Assembly (NCBI RefSeq): GCF_009914755.1 | Contig: NC_060928.1 | Reading direction: 5' to 3' (one strand) | Source: the human T2T-CHM13v2.0 reference genome, Homo sapiens | Length of the DNA stretch: 64,000 bases | In this document: piece after piece, positions 61,657-64,000 of the stretch | Layout: the number at the start of each line of letters is the position of its first letter | Numbering within the stretch: position 1 is the first letter of the stretch | Notes under the pieces: model-generated | Database searches by the model: none | Told to the model about the DNA's origin: nothing | Seen by the model: the letters and a program-made list of their open reading frames with translations, nothing else | Made by a program: the position numbers and the translations under genes

Positions 61657-61862
61657 TAGCCTGGACAACACAGCAAGACACTGTCTCTACAAAAAATAAA
61701 AATAAATTAGTTGGGTGTGGTCTCATGTACCTTTAGTCCTAATTATGAGGGCTGAGGCGGGAGGATCACTTGAGCCCAGGAGTTCAAAGCTGCAGTGAGC
61801 TATGATTGCACCAGTGCACTTTAGTCCAGGTGACAGAATAAGATCCTATCTCAAAATAAAAC
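61657..61862 (+). mobile_element. 5'-truncated AluJ within old L1M-like sequence
   Basis: Partial Alu; TSD-like aaacttttgtaa on both sides. Confidence 0.8.
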
Positions 61863-62094
61863 AAACCTACAAAACTTTTGTAATTGCTTTTATTACATAA
61901 CAATATTGTGAACATATTTTCAGATTTTTAAAAAATGTACATTCATATCATTACTTACATTGGCTGTGAATTTTTTAATTATATGATGTACCTTCATTTA
62001 TCTGCCACAATTATTTGCATCTTTAAGATGTTACAAACAAATCTATGATAAACATATTTAACTGTATGTCTTTGTATATTTATCTAATTATTTT

Positions 62095-62412
62095 CTTTTC
62101 TTCTTTCTTTCTTTTTTTTTTTTTTTGAGACAGGATCTCTCTCTGTTGCCCCAGGCTGGAATGCAGTGATATGAACACAGCACACTGCAGTCTCAAACTC
62201 CTGGGCTCAAGTGATTCTCCCACCTCAGCTCTCTGAGTAACTGGGACTACAGGCATCTACCACCACGCCCAGCTAATTTTTTTGTATTTTTTTATATTGT
62301 CAGGGTCTTGCTCTGTTGCCCAGGCTGGTCTTGAAGTCCTGACCTCAAGCAGTCCTCCTTCCTTGGCCTCCAAAAGGGCTGGGATTACAGAGGTGAGCCA
62401 CTGCATCTGGCA
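62095..62412 (-). mobile_element. AluJ
   Basis: Reverse Alu; TSD-like tatctaattattttctt. Confidence 0.88.
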
Positions 62413-63377
62413 TATCTAATTATTTTCTTAGTATAGACTCCTAAAAGTGGAATTTCCAGGCCATCTAGAATATGCCTTTTAATGTTATTGATATACATTG
62501 CTCCAGAAAGAATGTAACCAATTATTTCCCCCAACAAATAAGACAGCACCTGGTTCTCTACAGACTCATCTAATATGTTTCATGAAAATATCTGTCACTG
62601 TTTTTTTTGGGTGGAACATGATAATATGACTGCATTTTTATTGCATTTTAGTAATTTCAATGTATGACATATACAATTTTCCAAGATTAAAATAGTTTGT
62701 TTTCTGATTATAAAAATTATGTTTATTAGTAAAATGAGCAAAATAGAAAAGCATAAGAGAAAGCAAAATTCCTCAAAATATCACCACTTAGAACTAACAA
62801 CTGACCTTCCACATATCAATCTGTGCATATTAACATATATGGACAAGAAGACATCCTTTATTCCTGGGCTAAGTGCTGTTCTGAGATAACATGACTTTCC
62901 ATCTGTATTCCAAGGACATCTTTGATGCTCTTTATGTAGACTGAATTAAACTAAAGATCAGGACTGCAATTATGCAGCCTTTCTCCTAGAGCTCCTGAAC
63001 AGGTCCAGGGGGTCAGGCGGAGGGAGGTCTGTTTATGCACCACTTGCTTATGTATTTGTAGACCAGGCCCTGAGATGAATCATAACCGTGTGTGGAAAGG
63101 TCAGTGATTACCCCAGTGTCTTGCTCAAACTTGAAGTAGAGGACAATGCAAATGATTCTAAATTTCCCCCTTCAAAAGAGGTGCACAGTTCCTTTCTAAA
63201 ATCTGTGGTAAACTCTACTCAGCAACTGCCAACACAAACAACGTTTTGTAAACAGCAGAAGTGTCACCTACTAGAATAACTGCTTCATAATGTTTTCATG
63301 AATCCAACATATTTGAAAAACTGAGGTCCTCTAGAACTCCTTTGTACAGTTAAAAATAGGTATGTAATGCCATTTTA

Positions 63378-63687
<310 letters not shown>

Positions 63688-64000
63688 TGCAATGCCATTT
63701 TAAATGTTTTCCTCCTAATTTACTTGCTGTGATAGCTTTATCTTGTCAAATATGGCTTTGTCAGCCATGGTACTGCTAGAGGAATTGATTTTCCTTCATT
63801 GTCAAGGGGGGTACTGTACATGATTGTCAGAGTGCCCATTTGTTTTTTTTTGGCTGCTCATCATCTGAATATTCTTCCACTTTTTAGGATTGTCCCTCAA
63901 ATGGCAGCCAGACTTTCTCCACCAGGATTGTCTCAGCTCCCACTTGGCACTTGGTGCTGGTGATCCACTAAGATGCAGGTAGCTCCCCACCCAGCCCTAG

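Overview
Primate (human-like) genomic DNA. The only recognisable protein-coding gene is TBC1D9 (a Rab-GAP with GRAM, TBC and EF-hand domains) on the minus strand. Its first coding exon (130 nt, [44 protein letters not shown], 49759->49630) lies in a CpG island at about 49.5-50.7 kb. Positions 1-49629 are its large first intron; I recognised no canonical exon 2 in the window. Positions about 50.2-64 kb are upstream flank. The rest is repeat-dense: about 40 Alus or Alu fragments, several ERV1/ERVL/MaLR solo LTRs, old L1M/L2/MIR relics, DNA transposons (MER1, Tigger, MADE1), microsatellites and a decayed U6 retropseudogene. Nearly all ORF-track entries are Alu, low-complexity or chance ORFs. I found no CRISPR array or prokaryote-type system, and no evidence of a wholly new biological system. 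The best leads are (1) an 81-nt, frame-preserving, stop-free candidate cassette exon deep in intron 1 (5269->5189) that would insert a helical 27-aa peptide into the TBC1D9 N-terminus, and (2) a 29-codon uORF with good Kozak context in the probable 5'UTR. Lesser leads are a candidate poison exon, template-switch scars inside Alus, and a perfect 3x29-bp repeat built from splice-acceptor-like units. Repeat boundaries and subfamily names were judged by eye and are approximate.
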